Below are positions 1 to 13,324 of a stretch of 64,000 nucleotides of DNA, piece by piece. The notes under the pieces were generated by a model. The model was not told the origin of the DNA and searched no databases. It saw only the letters and a program-made list of their open reading frames with translations. The DNA is from Octopus sinensis (lineage: Eukaryota): NCBI RefSeq assembly GCF_006345805.1, contig NC_043009.1, forward strand, positions 47,988,001-48,052,000. Direction: 5' to 3'. Both the position numbers and the translations under genes were made by a program. How positions within the stretch are numbered: the stretch's first letter is position 1; every line of letters starts with the position of its first letter.

Positions 1-473
1 ACAATTAAGCAACATGAAAAGGGTTTTTTGTCAAAGATTGATGACGTCACCAAACAACTGACCACTCACATCTCCTGTGGAAACAGGATAACATTAACAA
101 TTTTGTTTTTTGCTCGACATTTTGACAGATCATAGGTTATATATAGATGGTTTATCTGGTAACTGACAGTAGTTTGAAGAGCTTAAATGAGCAAGCTGCA
201 AGACTCTACGCCACTCACAGTTTCTGTTGTTGCTGACTCACATATCTCTCACGAACACTCATAAACTGATTCACTTAGCTCAAATATTTCTTTTTTCCCT
301 GTCGTTCATTGTAACGGCAACGTCTTTTGCTAACGATAAATAAACACTTTGTATTTGGAGCCGCAAACAAATTTCTTGTTCGTCCATCAGTCCACTAACT
401 CAAACATGTCTTCATTACAAGTACGTAGAATAGCATTTTTTCCTGATACTATCTATTTGGTATCTGTGCCAGT

Positions 474-1523
474 CAGGGGTCCCAAACCACCGGGTCGTGG
501 AACATTTGGTACCGATTCGCACAAAAAGAATATATGCTCTTTTACTCTTTTACTTGTTTCAGTCATTTGACTGCGGCCATGCTGGAGCACCGCCTTTAAT
601 CGAGCAACTCGACCCCGGGACTTATTCTTTGTAAGCCCAGTACGTATTCTATCGGTCTCTTTTGCCGAACCGCTAAGTGACGGGGACATAAACACACCAG
701 CATCGGTTGTCAAGCAATGCTAGGTGGACAAACACAGACACACAAACACACACACGCATATATATATATATACGACGGGCTTCTTTTCAGTTTCCGTCTA
801 CCAAATCCACTCACAAGGCTTTAGTTGGCCCGAGGCTATAGTAGAAGACACTTGCCCAAGGTGCCACGCAGTGGGACTGAACCCGGAACCATGTGGCTGG
901 TAAGCAAGCTACTTACCACACAGCCACTCCTGCGCCTATCTTAAAATTTTATTTCTATTTTATTGACTATCGCAGTTTGCAGGATGTTTTTGCATTAATG
1001 TATTATGATTGTGATATTGTTTTTATCTTATACTTGTTTAAGTCATAAAATTATGGCCAAACTGGGGCACTGTCTTAAAGAACTTTTAGTCAAATGAATC
1101 GATTCCAGGACTTCTTTTTATAGTTCGGTACTTATTCTACCAGTCTCTTTTGCTGAGCCACTAAGTTACGTAAGTGTAAACACACCAACACCGGTTGTCA
1201 AGCCACACACACACACACATGCGCGAGCGCGATGAGCTTCTTTCAGTTTCAGTTTCCATCTACTAGATCCACTCACAAGGCTTTGATCGGTTCGAGGCTT
1301 CAGTAGAAGACGCTTGTCCAAGATGTCACGCAGTGGGACTGAACCCAGAACTATGTGGCTACATGTGTACGTAATAATTAAGTTATACGTAATGTACTTT
1401 ATTATATTTTGTGATGCGCGTGATACTTGCTGTGTAGAAAAAATTGTCTTGCATGAAACCGGTCCGTAGTGCAAAAAAAAAAAATAATAATAAATAAATA
1501 AATAAAAAGTTGGGAAACCGCTG
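474..1523 (+). mobile_element. hAT-type MITE split by two SINE insertions
   Basis: Left end CAGGGGTCCCAAACCACCGGGTCGTGG and right end CCGGTCCGTAGTGC...AGTTGGGAAACCGCTG resemble Charlie-type MITE ends. No intact TSD. Confidence 0.5.
538..939 (-). mobile_element. Full-length tRNA-derived CORE-type SINE (OR2-like)
   Basis: Head ATAGGCGCAGGAGTGGCTGTGTGGTAAG, B-box GGTTCAGTCCC, CORE-like GTGGCACCTTGGGCAAGTG, internal (TA)n, (GTAAAAGA)n tail. Confidence 0.88.
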
Positions 1524-2526
1524 TTTAAATGTCTATTCTTTGCATCTCGTGTTTGAGTTCTACAAAAGGTGTATTAGAGAAATATAACATCCAATTGTCT
1601 GGCTTTCTTCACTGTTCACTTATCCAATTATTTAGGTCTAAATAGGAACCATGAAAATGTACAGTGATTGCAGTACTCATTCAGTTGGCCATTATCATCA
1701 TTACTGAATCAAATAAAGAGAGATCGTATTCATGATTTTTGCCGGTCGTCCTAGATTGCTAAAAAAATACACGCAGACGCAAGTGCACACAAACACACAC
1801 AGACACACACACATTAATTTCAGTCAACTCGCAGAATTGAAACGTTGTCAAATTAATTTAGCTTCAAACTTTGGGAGAAACCTTTTGAAAATTCAGTAAT
1901 TGATGATGCTTACAATTCCGTGATGTAGTTAGCGAGCCAATTCCTTGATGTAGTTAGCGAGCTAAAACTCCATGAGTTCTTCGCCAGCAGTGAATGACGT
2001 CATTCCTAACCACCTAAGATATTCAAAGAAATAATTCGATAAATGAATCAATTAACCAATCAATAAATTCAAAGGAATAAATTCTATTATTCTTAAAGTG
2101 ATTTTACTGTCTCCTATTTCTCGACTGTTGTCATTTTACTTCAGACATTTCCTTAAACGCTGCTGGAAAAGGCTTCGGTAATCATATTCCGTTCTTTTGA
2201 GCTTTATGTATTTGTTATCTTATTTTACTCATTCCAGTCGATGGACTGTGGCCATGCTGGAATATCACCTTGAAGGATTTAATCGAACAAATCTACACCA
2301 GTACTTACTTTTTTGTTGTTTTGTTTTTGACGTCTGGTTTTTATTTTCTCGGCTTTTTTTCTAAAAACACTTGGCTGGGGACCAGTATGAGTTCTTGTAT
2401 CCATTGTAACTAGTTTGGTCCTTTAAAACTGCTTCTCGCTGAGTCTCATTTGTACAACAGGGACAAATTTATTAAAAATATTTCTTCTCGATGATAGCTT
2501 AGATATATGTCTGTTAATACCGTTAG

Positions 2527-3120
2527 TTGTGAAGGTACGTGGTTTAGAGGTTAGGGTAATCGGTTAGGGTAAGGGCGGCGAGCTGGCAGAATCGTTAGCG
2601 ACCCGGGAGAAATGCGTAGCCGTATTTCGTCTGCCGTTACGTTCTGAGTTCAAATTCCGCCGAGGTCGACTTTGCCTTTCATCCTTTCGGGGTCGATTAA
2701 ATAAGTACCAGTTGCACACTGGGGTCGATGTAATCGACTTAATCCGTTTGTCTGTCCTTGTTTGTTCCCTCTGTGTTTAGCCCCTTGTGGGTAGTAAAGA
2801 AATAGGTTAGGGTAATCGGCTCACGATCGTAAGGTCGTGAGTTCAATTCCCGACGACGCGTTGTGTCCTTGAGCAAGATACTTTATTTTACGTTGCTTCA
2901 GTCCACTCCACTCAGCTGGCAAAAATGAGTAGTACCTATATTTCAAAGGGCCAGCCCTGTCACAGTCTGTGTCACGCTGAATCACCATGAGAACTATATT
3001 AAGGACACACGTGTCTGTGGTGTGCTCAGCCACTTTCACGTTAATTTCACGAGCTGGCTGTTCCGTTGATCAGATCAACTGGAACCCTCGTCGTCGTAAC
3101 CGACGGAGTGCCAATACCGT
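2527..3120 (+). mobile_element. tRNA-derived SINE, head H1 + tail T1 (interrupted by the OR1-like copy)
   Basis: GTGAAGG..GTGG.TTAG head, GAGTTCAATTCCC B-box, TGTGTCCTTGAGCAAG core, tail ending CGTCGTCGTAACCGACGGAGTGC. Confidence 0.85.
2574..2803 (+). mobile_element. Second SINE family (OR1/MetaSINE-like) nested in another SINE
   Basis: GGCGGCGAGCTGGCAGAATCGTTAGC...GAGTTCAAATTCC...GCCTTTCATCCTTTCGGGGTCGA...AAAGAAATA; 16-bp TSD AGGTTAGGGTAATCGG at 2548-2563 and 2804-2819. Confidence 0.88.
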
Positions 3121-3512
3121 TATGCTCCATATGAGCATTGGCGGGTGGATGGTGTTCCTACTTAAATTAATTGTTTTTTCATTGGGTTTATGCTAGAGAC
3201 AGTACTTGCCTGTGTTTAGGTTTATTGTTGCATTTAGGAAATTTATTACTTTCAGGTTTGTATTTATCGGAATTTAGTTTTTGGTAAACCAAGCAACAGG
3301 GGCAAGATTTGTGGTTCATGACTGAGGGTAATGACTGAGATATCATCATGGTCAATATTCTTCTTGGTCACAAGAAACCTGAAGAAAAGGAGCTGCCATT
3401 TATATACTGTTACAACACCAACTTACCGGACATTGATGGTGCAGAGCCTCTAATAATCGACACCAATTTACAAGCAAGAACCACAAACACCCGCTGTTGC
3501 TAGACTAGATGC

Positions 3513-3872
3513 CATGGTGATCTCATTCTTGCTCAGAACATCATAAGCGGAAAGTGAAACCTCTCGAAAGAGCTGTTCCTCACTCCTGCTCCAGAGCGTC
3601 AGCTGCGGGGTCACTCCGAAAAGCTCTATCTGCGACGATTTCATCTCAATCGAAGGAGAGGGGCTTTCTCCGTCCGGGTTGCGGATCCGTGGAATAAGCT
3701 GCCGGACGAGATAGTGAAGATGCCGACGACCGCTCGGTTCAAAGTCTCCCTTGACCTCAAATGGCCTGAACTCTTTGCATGAACACCACCATGTACATAA
3801 TTCCATGTCCCCCTACATGGCCTTGCTTTTTGCTTTTTGAGCCAAAAAATTAACTAACTAACTAACTAGTTT
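3513..3872 (+). mobile_element. 5'-truncated CR1-clade LINE 3' end
   Basis: Translates to GDLILAQNII...LRGHSEKLYLRRFHLNRRRGAFSVRVADPWNKLPDEIVKMPTTARFKVSLD, a typical CR1 ORF2 C-terminus, then a short 3' UTR and an (AACT)n tail. Confidence 0.88.
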
Positions 3873-4654
3873 ACTGGGTGGCCCTGTTTTGTAAATCTTC
3901 CAAATTGTGAAGATTTTGAAGAAATTCTCCCAATATCGATATCTGGTTGAAAACGAACCATTTCAACATAGCGATACATGATTTTTCTGGGCATGCTAAA
4001 AAAAAAGTTTTGGAAACATGCTTCTGATTTTAATTCTTATGAAAATGGCCCTGTTGATCCTATTGTCTCCCATTATCCCCGCCACCACAACACCCACACC
4101 ACCGCCGAAACTGCTGCCAATACTACTATCACCAACACCACTTTTTCTTGTATAAAATGCAACTTGGCTATTTTTGCTTTAAATAAAATGGAAAAAAAAA
4201 ATTAATATGCGATGTTAATGCAACTGGTAGAGACATCGCGAATTAAGCTGTAATTTTGTTGTTATTGTTGTTGTTGTTGCTATTAAAGTAAAACCAGTAA
4301 ATTTCCACTAAAACGAAACATAAAAAGACCAAAAAAGAAAAGGAAGATATTTTCAAATAGCAGACGTCATTTGTTTGTGATGAGATATTATTAAATATAA
4401 TTATATGAAATGTAATTATACATGATTATATATAATTGATTGAAAGCAAGGATCACAACAGAACGGTGACTGTGACGGGTGGATTTAATTGTAATATATA
4501 TGTTATAAATGAAGTTTGGTTGTAAGATTTAACAAAGATTAGAAATCTTACTCATAATATGCGTCTAACGAAATAGAGATAAACAACAGCGTCAGGGGGG
4601 AAAATGTTCATTTATTACAACTGTCTTTGTAACATTCGGCGTTTAATCGATTGC

Positions 4655-4783
4655 ATACGTACATATACACATACATACATGCATGCATGCATACATACAT
4701 ACATACATACATACATACATACATACATACATACATACATAAATACATACATACATGCACACACAAACATATATATATACGTA

Positions 4784-4867
<84 letters not shown>

Positions 4868-4883
4868 TATATATATATATATA

Positions 4884-4920
<37 letters not shown>
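4655..4920. repeat. (CATA)n + (TA)n microsatellite
   Basis: Direct reading. Confidence 0.95.
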
Positions 4921-4922
<2 letters not shown>

Positions 4923-5662
4923 AAACAAGTCAAGATAGAAAATGCTAAAATAATTTTATAAAGAACATTTCAGTACCGTTTTCGTCATTTTGAGACCTTT
5001 TCAACTGTAACGATTAGATAATTAAATTTAAAAAAATTAAAAGAAAAGTTTTTTTAAAGGAATATTTGTATAGTGTTCAAATATAAGTGGCATTCTGCCT
5101 TCCTCTGTCTCCCTTGTTTGCACATACATACATACATTCGAGAAAAATGCTCACGAGATGATTTGCCGTACAAGATATATATATATATATATATATATAT
5201 AAGGAAAATGCACAGGAATTTTGTATTTTCAGAAGATACTTGTGAATTTGTACGGAAGTACATACGATTATGCCAAAAAGTTTTTTAATTGGGGAGGGTA
5301 TGATTTAAGGCCTGTTTAGCTGTTATTTTTAGCACATCTCATTACTAGGGTACAAGCAACAGATGGGCGCAAGCAACAAAACACAGTGTCAACGCACGTG
5401 GCATATATTTGTCAACATATGTCCTTTCTTGCTGACAGGAGAGTTCTCATATTAACGGAGGTTGAACAACATCGTTGCGCACAAAAACATGAGTCCAAGA
5501 AGCAAAGTTTCCTGCAAGGCAGAGCTATAAATGCAATTGTCAAGTAGGAGCGATATATTCAAAACTGGTAAAACTAAGAATTGTCGAGGATAAATTAAAT
5601 TTATTATTGTTACTGAATATGCTGGTGTTGTTTAATTTCTGAACGGTTTTGCTGCCGCTTGT

Positions 5663-5989
5663 TAGTTAGTTAGTTAATTTGGCTCAAAAGCAAATAGCAA
5701 GGCCATGTAGGGGGACATGGAGTTAAGTACAGGGTGGTGTTCATGTAAAGAGTTCAGGCCACTTGAGGTCAAGGGAGGCTTTGAACAAAGCGGTCGTCGG
5801 CATCTTCACCATCTCGTCTGGCAGCTTGTTCCAGACGAGATGGTGAAGATGCCGACGACCGCTTTGTTCAAAGCCTCCCTGGACCTCAAGTGGCCTGAAC
5901 TCTTTACATGAACACCACCCTGTACTTAACTCCATGTCCCCCTACATGGCCTTGCTATTTGCTTTTGAGCCAAATTAACTAACTAACTA
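5663..5989. repeat. Near-perfect palindrome of the CR1 3' end (159-bp arms, 9-nt loop)
   Basis: 5663-5821 is the reverse complement of 5831-5989 with one mismatch seen; loop CAGCTTGTT; (AACT)n tails point outward. Mirror ORFs 5717-5911(+) and 5741-5935(-) confirm the symmetry. Confidence 0.95.
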
Positions 5990-6159
5990 GTTTGATTTCT
6001 TTATCGATGAATTTCTACTAAAATAGAGACGCGAGTAAAATTAATAATAGAGAAACGAAAATAAAACTTTGGAAACAGCAACGCCACCATAACTTATATG
6101 GAAACCATAAGCGTGCTTTCAAGGAAGATAATCAGAGAAAGACTTGAAAGTCAACGTAA

Positions 6160-6384
6160 GATCGTAATACTTCATGTAAAGTAAATATAACAAATAATCC
6201 AGAATCCTTGTCCGGTACCGGATCGATCCCAAAATCTAATCAGTTCGTAACAGTCACGATGCCAAACATCCCTGAAACTTTCATCCTAATCCATCCAGCG
6301 GTTCTTGAGATATGTTGTCCTCGGACAAACAAGCAAACAAACACACATGACTGAAAACAACACCGCCGCCTTCGCTAAGGTGAA

Positions 6385-6390
<6 letters not shown>
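6160..6390 (+). mobile_element. Non-autonomous Helitron-like or unclassified repeat ending in a small hairpin before (AAT)n
   Basis: Motif run AAACTTTCATCCTAATCCATCCAGCGGTTCTTGAG...ACAAACAAGCAAACAAAC...GAAAACAACACCGCCGCCTTCGCTAAGGTGAAGGTAAT resembles a widespread non-autonomous family from memory. Confidence 0.4.
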
Positions 6391-6452
<62 letters not shown>

Positions 6453-6714
6453 TGATGATGATGATGATGATGATGATAACTGAAACGGAATGCCCGGTGG
6501 AGTTTCTAGAGAAAGTTTTTCTCTTAGGGACAGCAAGGATTAGCAGGAGGTTTCTAAGCACTTGAAAGACTGCTGAAAACTTAAGGTTACTGGTAATAAC
6601 CTGCTATCCACATAATTCCCATCAGGAATAAGACCGAACCTGAACCAAACCAATAATAATAATAATAATAATAACAATAATAATAATAATAATAACAATA
6701 ATAATAATAACAAC

Positions 6715-6793
<79 letters not shown>

Positions 6794-6795
6794 TT
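6387..6795. repeat. Two (AAT)n/(GAT)n arrays
   Basis: 6387-6478 and about 6650-6795. Confidence 0.95.
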
Positions 6796-8010
6796 TTTTC
6801 TAATTTTTTTGTGCAAGGCCAGTAGTTTTGAGTCGAAGATGCGAGTCGATTACATCGACCTCAATGCGCAACTAGTACTTGTTTTATCGACCCCCGAAAG
6901 AATTAAAAGCACTGTCGGCTTACTGTGGAATTTGAACTCAGAACGTTAAAAAAAAGGGGATAAAAATTGCATCTAAATCCGACAATGCATTGCGACTGAT
7001 CAGGCTCAACTGAGTTTCCCTAAGCAGCTGCACTTGACGCTACATAAAATAATAACGCCATCTATAGTTTTAATAAATAAACTTTGACCGACAGCCATAA
7101 AATCTTGATTTAATAACTTCGAACAGTTTTCCCTAATATATTTTATTACTATAATTTACAAAAGATATCCGCATAGACTGGAAATGTAACGATGAAACAT
7201 TCACTGAATCATTAATTTCTTGTGATCAGGGATATAGATGAAACGATATAGGTTTCCGTGTTGAGAAGGAAAGCGACAACTGAAGGGAGTTGTTAGTGAA
7301 CTGGACTTTCGTTTATAAATTCGTATATACTTCCTTTCATTCTGACAGGCTTCATGTGTTGTAATTGAGATGTGCTGAGGTTTATTGTATCTTTCGTTAC
7401 ATTATGAGATTGAGAAAATTGAGAAACATAATAAAACGTTAGTTTATAGTTATAACAACTTTCAGCTCTCACAAAATATCCTTTAATTATATAAGTGAAA
7501 TAAGTACTAATACATTTAATGTGGTGAACACGATAAGTTTAATTAATAACGAAAGAGTGTTCCCACATTGAAAGGAGAGAATAAACGTAACTAAACAGGT
7601 ATTAGAGTGCGTAAATCGATTGAAGACAGAGGAGGGAGAAAAAGAGAAGGAGAGACTCAGAGAATAAGATGAAAAGGAGGGAGTAGATTGTTGTTGCAAT
7701 GAAACAGGAAGTGTAGAATGAAAGCAAGCGATTACATCATTAATCTGAGGCTTGGTTGTCAAAACTTCCAGGAAAACACCCGTGGGCAATTCTTGAAAGA
7801 CGAATCTATTGATGTAATTAGTAGTGTATCTCAATCTTTCTGTTTGTCCGCCCAACCGACCCTCTTGCTATGGTGCTTTCATTATGTCTATTTCGTGAAA
7901 ACACTTTCAAGTCCTTTAGTTATATGTATATATATATATATATATAGTGTGTGTGTGTGTATGTGTATACGTGTATGTATATATGTTTTGTATGTATGTA
8001 TATGAATATA

Positions 8011-8418
8011 TACTCTTTACTCTTTTACTTGTTTCAGTCATTTGACTGCGGCCATGCTGGAGCACCGCCATTAGTCGAGCAAATCGACTCTAGGACTTAT
8101 TCTTTGTAAGCCTAGTACTTATTCTACCGGTCTCTTTTGCCGAACCACTAAGTTACGGGGACGCAAACACACCAGCATTAGTTGTCAAGCGATGTTGGGG
8201 GGACCAAACACTGACACACAAACATATACCCATACATATATATATTATATATATATACATATATACGAAGGGCTTCTTTCAGTTTCCGTCTACTAAATCC
8301 ACTCACAAGGCTTTGGTCGGCACGAGTCACTTGCCCAAGGTGCCACGCAGTGGGACTGAACCCGGAACCATGTGGTTGGTAAGCAAGCTACTTACCACGC
8401 AGCCACTCCTGCGCCTAT
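8011..8418 (-). mobile_element. Full-length OR2-like SINE
   Basis: Same architecture as 538-939. Confidence 0.88.
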
Positions 8419-8759
8419 ATATGTGTGTGTGTATATACATATGTATGTATGTGTGTATAAATACACATATTTTTTTATTTGCTTCAGTCATTAGATTGCA
8501 GCCATGCTGGGGCACCGACTTCAATGAATCGACTCGGTACATTTTACTGTTATTTTTTTCAAATATTGGTACTTATCTTATCTGTCTCTGTTGCCAAACA
8601 GCTGTTACGGAGACATAAACACACTAACACCGGTTGTCAAGCGGTAGCAGGGCGATAAACAGAGACACAGACAGACACACGCGCGCTCGCATTTACACTC
8701 GCGCACTCACACACACACACGATGGGCCTCTTTCAGTTTCCATAGTTTACTTTTTTGGT

Positions 8760-9586
8760 TGGGAGGTTGAGGATACCCGGCTAGTGAAGCTGAGAACCGA
8801 AACCGCGGGTTGAAAAAGGAATAGTTATGCTTGGTGAATGCGCCGCTTCACAGATTTCACAATGGCCCCCTAAAATCTGCTGCTGCCGTGAACCTTGCCC
8901 CACGCATTTCTTCACCACGTCTTTCTGAATACAACTACCAGCCAGGAGTGCATTCCACAAGGAGCATGCAGTTACGATTTGGAGTGTGGAACCACAGACC
9001 ATGGGTCCAACCATCATGCTATTCGTAGTAGAATTGGTTGGAGATGTAGTGTGGTTAGCACAACTCCGAGTAGTCAGTCCAGCTCTGTTTAAATCGCTGG
9101 AGTTTCCAGCACTAATCCCAACTCTGCGGTCAGTCGCCACGCCGTGAGTATCCGTAGAGGTGCTTCTACGGCGTGGTTGACTACGAACAGTATCAGCTCT
9201 AGGGTCACCACCAGAGCCGTCGCCTACGGTCCTACCAGCAATCTCAGCATTGTACCAGGCATACTTGCTTTATTAGAAGCCGTTATAATGGTGGCTATAT
9301 TAAGTGTGGTAGAGTAGGACAACTTAATGGTGTTTCTATTAAAAATGCTATGACGCCTGTGTTGTAGTGGAGAATCGGGAAGAACAATTTGAGGATATTA
9401 GTTTTAACGTTACGAGAGAAGAGTGGGCCAGACAAAATAACGCGCCGACTCTTCCACCATCTCCCAACGTTGAGAGGTTTATTCCTGTTAGAAGAGATGT
9501 GATGAATCCACCGTCCATCCCGAGCTCGGCTAACCAAGGGATTTAGGGCCGTTCTACACATTCCCTTTCTTCCACTTCTCTTAATG
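8760..9586. repeat. Unclassified GC-richer interspersed element, possibly a decayed gag/ORF1
   Basis: Composition differs from the flanks; the terminal 180 bp is duplicated in inverted orientation at 11072-11252; weak knuckle-like fragments (ECGTTDH, IKCGRVGQ) on the + strand. Confidence 0.4.
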
Positions 9587-10119
9587 AATCTGGAACCATG
9601 TGGTTGGTAAGCAAGTTAGTTACCACACATCCACCCCTGCATGTATGTATGTATGTATGTATGTATGTATGTATGTATGTATGTACGTACGTACGTATGT
9701 ATGTATGTATGCATGTATGTATGTATGTATGTATGTATGTATGTATGTATGTATGTATGTATGTATGTATGTATGCATGTATGTATGTACGTATGTATGT
9801 ATGTATAATCTTATATTTCTGAGATGAGGAAATTATACATAAATATTAGTCGGAGGTGTCTTCATCCTGATTGCTACTTTCACTTTGTTTCAGCTGTTGT
9901 AAACTCAGGGGTCTTGTGATTCACTTGCATGGGACTGAATTTAGAACTGCTAGGTGACTATACTGCATTTCAGCGATTAATCCACTGCGCTGTGCCCATA
10001 GGCAATGGATAAAGACGCTGATATGAGAAGACTACTCCAACTAATGATTAATATATTTTTATATACTTACATATATACATATATACAAGGCTTGCGTCTA
10101 TATATATGTACATACGTTC

Positions 10120-10751
10120 GTACATACATACATACATACATACATACTTACATGCATACATACATACATACATACATACATACATACATACATACATACA
10201 TACATACATACATACATACATACGTACGTACATACGTACGTGCGTACATACATACATAGATACATAGATACATACATACATACATACAAGGCATGTGTTT
10301 AAATATATGTATGTACGTATATACGTTCGTTCATACATACACATACATACATACATACATACATACATACATACATCATACATACATACATACATACATA
10401 CATACATACATACATACATACATACATACATACATACATACATACATACACATACATACATACATACATACATACATACATACAATACATACATACATAC
10501 ATACATACATACATACATACATACATACATAATACATACATACATAATACATACATACATACATACATACATGCATACATACATACATACATACATACAT
10601 ACATACATACATACATTCATACACACACACATACATACATACATACATTCATACACACACACATACATACATACATACATACATATATACATACATACAT
10701 ACATATATACAACATACATACATACATACATACATACATACATACATACAC

Positions 10752-10784
<33 letters not shown>

Positions 10785-10830
10785 CATACATACATATATA
10801 CATACATACATACATACATACATATAAACA
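10120..10830. repeat. (CATA)n array of about 700 bp
   Basis: Direct reading. Confidence 0.95.
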
Positions 10831-11257
10831 CAAAGCTTATCTTAGCTCTTAAGAAATAAAGGAATAATATTATAGAGATACAACTATGAAGTGTTCGGAG
10901 TGAGGGCCCTGAATGATGCCATTTCTTGTGCTGGAGTCACGAACCAAGAACTTTGAAGGAATGCCTGCAGGACAGCTGCCGTCCCCCCCCTCCCCCCTTC
11001 TTGTAAATACAACGATCCCTGCTTAGATAACCAACCATCTCCACTCCGTTCCCTCTGGTACGTCCTGGAGACATTAAGAGAAGTGGAAGAAATGGAATGT
11101 GTAGAACGGCCCTAAATCCCTTGGTTAGCCGAGCTCGGGATGGACGGTGGATTCATCACATCTCTTCTAACAGGAATAAACCTTTCGACGTTGGGAGATG
11201 GTGGATGAGTCGGCGAGTTATATTGTCTGGCCCACTCTTCTCTTGTAACGTTATATA

Positions 11258-11308
<51 letters not shown>

Positions 11309-12236
11309 TTACATCCCTATAACGTAGCGGTTCGGCAAAAGAACCCGATATAATAAGTACTAGGCTTACAAAGAATAAGTCCTGGGGTCGGTTTGTTCGA
11401 CTAAAGGCGGTGCTCCATCATGGCCGCAGTCAAATGACTGAAACAAAATAAAGAATATAAAAGAATATACACATACACACACACGCTTACGTATGTATGT
11501 ATGTATGTATGTATGTATGTATGTATGTATGTATGTATGTATGTATGTATGTACAGTCGCGCACGTACATATTAAATTGTAGAATACCGTATTTCAGTTA
11601 ATCTTATTCAATAAAGTCTGACAAAACTAATTAACTACGAAACTGAGTATGCATCAAGCTTGGATTTTCCTCGGTTACGTGCCAGTTAAGAAATTAAAAT
11701 GAAAATTATTTACTTTTCCTTTCACAGTCAATAATATTTTCCACATACATGCGAATGGAATTATAGTAAAAGACTAAGAAAATTACTATTTGTAAATATT
11801 ACAAGGAGAGACATTCAGCAACAGTACTTTGGAGTAAAGATTATTTGCCAACATAACATGGCAGTCTTGGTTTAGGACTAATGTTTCTGTAATTTAGCCC
11901 CAACATTCGTCCTAAACCAGGACGGGGTCGATTAAATAAGTTCCAGTTACGCACTGGGGTCGATGTAATCGACTTTATCCGTTTGTCTGTCCTTGTTTGT
12001 CTTCTCTATGTTTAGCCCCTTGTGGGCAATAAAGAAATAATAAAATTACTTAACTCGAAATACTTGTAGCTGCTTTATTAATTTTTCGGAAAAATGAATA
12101 CCATTTTCATCATCAGTAAGCCAAACTATATCGGAACAACATTTTTTGGAAAATATCTCGTGAAAATTTGAAGTGGTTGGAAGAAATTTAACAAAATTCT
12201 AATTTGGTTGACGAAAGCTGTGTGGAAGTCCATCGT

Positions 12237-12516
12237 ATGTTGTTGTTTGTTCCTTCTCGAGCCATCCTTGGCTCATAAGGGCCGGTTTCCCGGTTTCCTT
12301 GGCGTATAGGTTCCCCACCTGGACGGGACGCCGGTCTGTCGCAAGTGAGCTGCGAGATGCAGGAGGAAAGAGTGAGAGAAAGTTGTGGCGAAGGAGTCAG
12401 CAGAAGTTCGACGATACGTTCTGCTGGAGCTGCGTGAAGCTTAGGTCTGAGATTCGAACCCGCGATCCCTCGGCCGCGAGTCCACTGCTCTAACCTCTGG
12501 ACCATGTGCCTCCACA
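12237..12516 (-). mobile_element. tRNA-derived SINE, H2-like head + tail T2
   Basis: Head TGTGGAGGCACATGG...GGTTCGAATCTC; tail GGCGTCCCGTCCAGGTGGGGAACC...(AAC)n. Confidence 0.85.
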
Positions 12517-12521
12517 AGTCC

Positions 12522-12752
12522 GGCGGCGAGCTGGCAGAAACGTTAGCACACCGGGCGAAATGCGTATCCGTATTTCGTCTGCCGTTACGTTCTGAGTTCA
12601 AATTCCGCCGAGGTCGACTTTGCCTTTCATCCATTCGGGTTCGATAAATTAAGTACCAGTTACGCACTGGGGTCAATATAATCGACTTAATCTGTTTGTC
12701 TGTCCCTGTTTGTCCTCTCTGTGTTTAGCCCCTTGTGGGTAGTAAATAAATA
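12522..12752 (+). mobile_element. OR1-like SINE monomer
   Basis: Same consensus as 2574-2803. Confidence 0.85.
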
Positions 12753-13324
12753 GGTATATATGTTTGTGTGTATGTGCATGCGCGTCTATGTGTGTATGTC
12801 ATTATTTCTATGTTTGTCACCAACCCACACCGCATAGACAACTGATATTGGTTTGTTTACGTTTCAGTAATCTTCTCAGTTCTGAAAAAGAGACCAATAG
12901 AACAAGTACCCGGCTTTCTTTTTAGAACACCCCCCCCAAAAAAAAAAAACAAAAAAAAACAAAAGACAAAAAACAAATCATAAGTAGTAAATACGGTTTC
13001 TTCGACTAAAACCTTTCAAGGTGATGCTCCGGCATGGCCGCAACTCAACAGACTGAAAGAAGTCAAAGATAAAGTGCAGATATACACCCACATACACTCA
13101 CACCCACACACACAACTTGTCGAGGATAAAACGATATGGACAAGAAGATGTCTAGAACACAGAGATTCTTGTTTTCAGTTCTCTGCTATAGAGACAAGTT
13201 GAAGCATGATTAAATGGCAATAAAATTGATTGGAAGCTAATTACAAACAGCTAATAATTAATTTATTTTAATCTATGGGAGGCTGGATGTGGTGGTACAC
13301 GCGTGTGTATATGTAAATACGCAC

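Noticed and set aside
1921-1963. Short direct repeat TGATGTAGTTAGCGAGC twice
   Set aside because: Isolated ~25-bp-period tandem duplication with no further structure.
4520-5340. Repeat-like flanks around the (TA)n arrays, possibly Penelope-associated
   Set aside because: Motifs look familiar but there is no coding remnant or terminal structure to support a class assignment.
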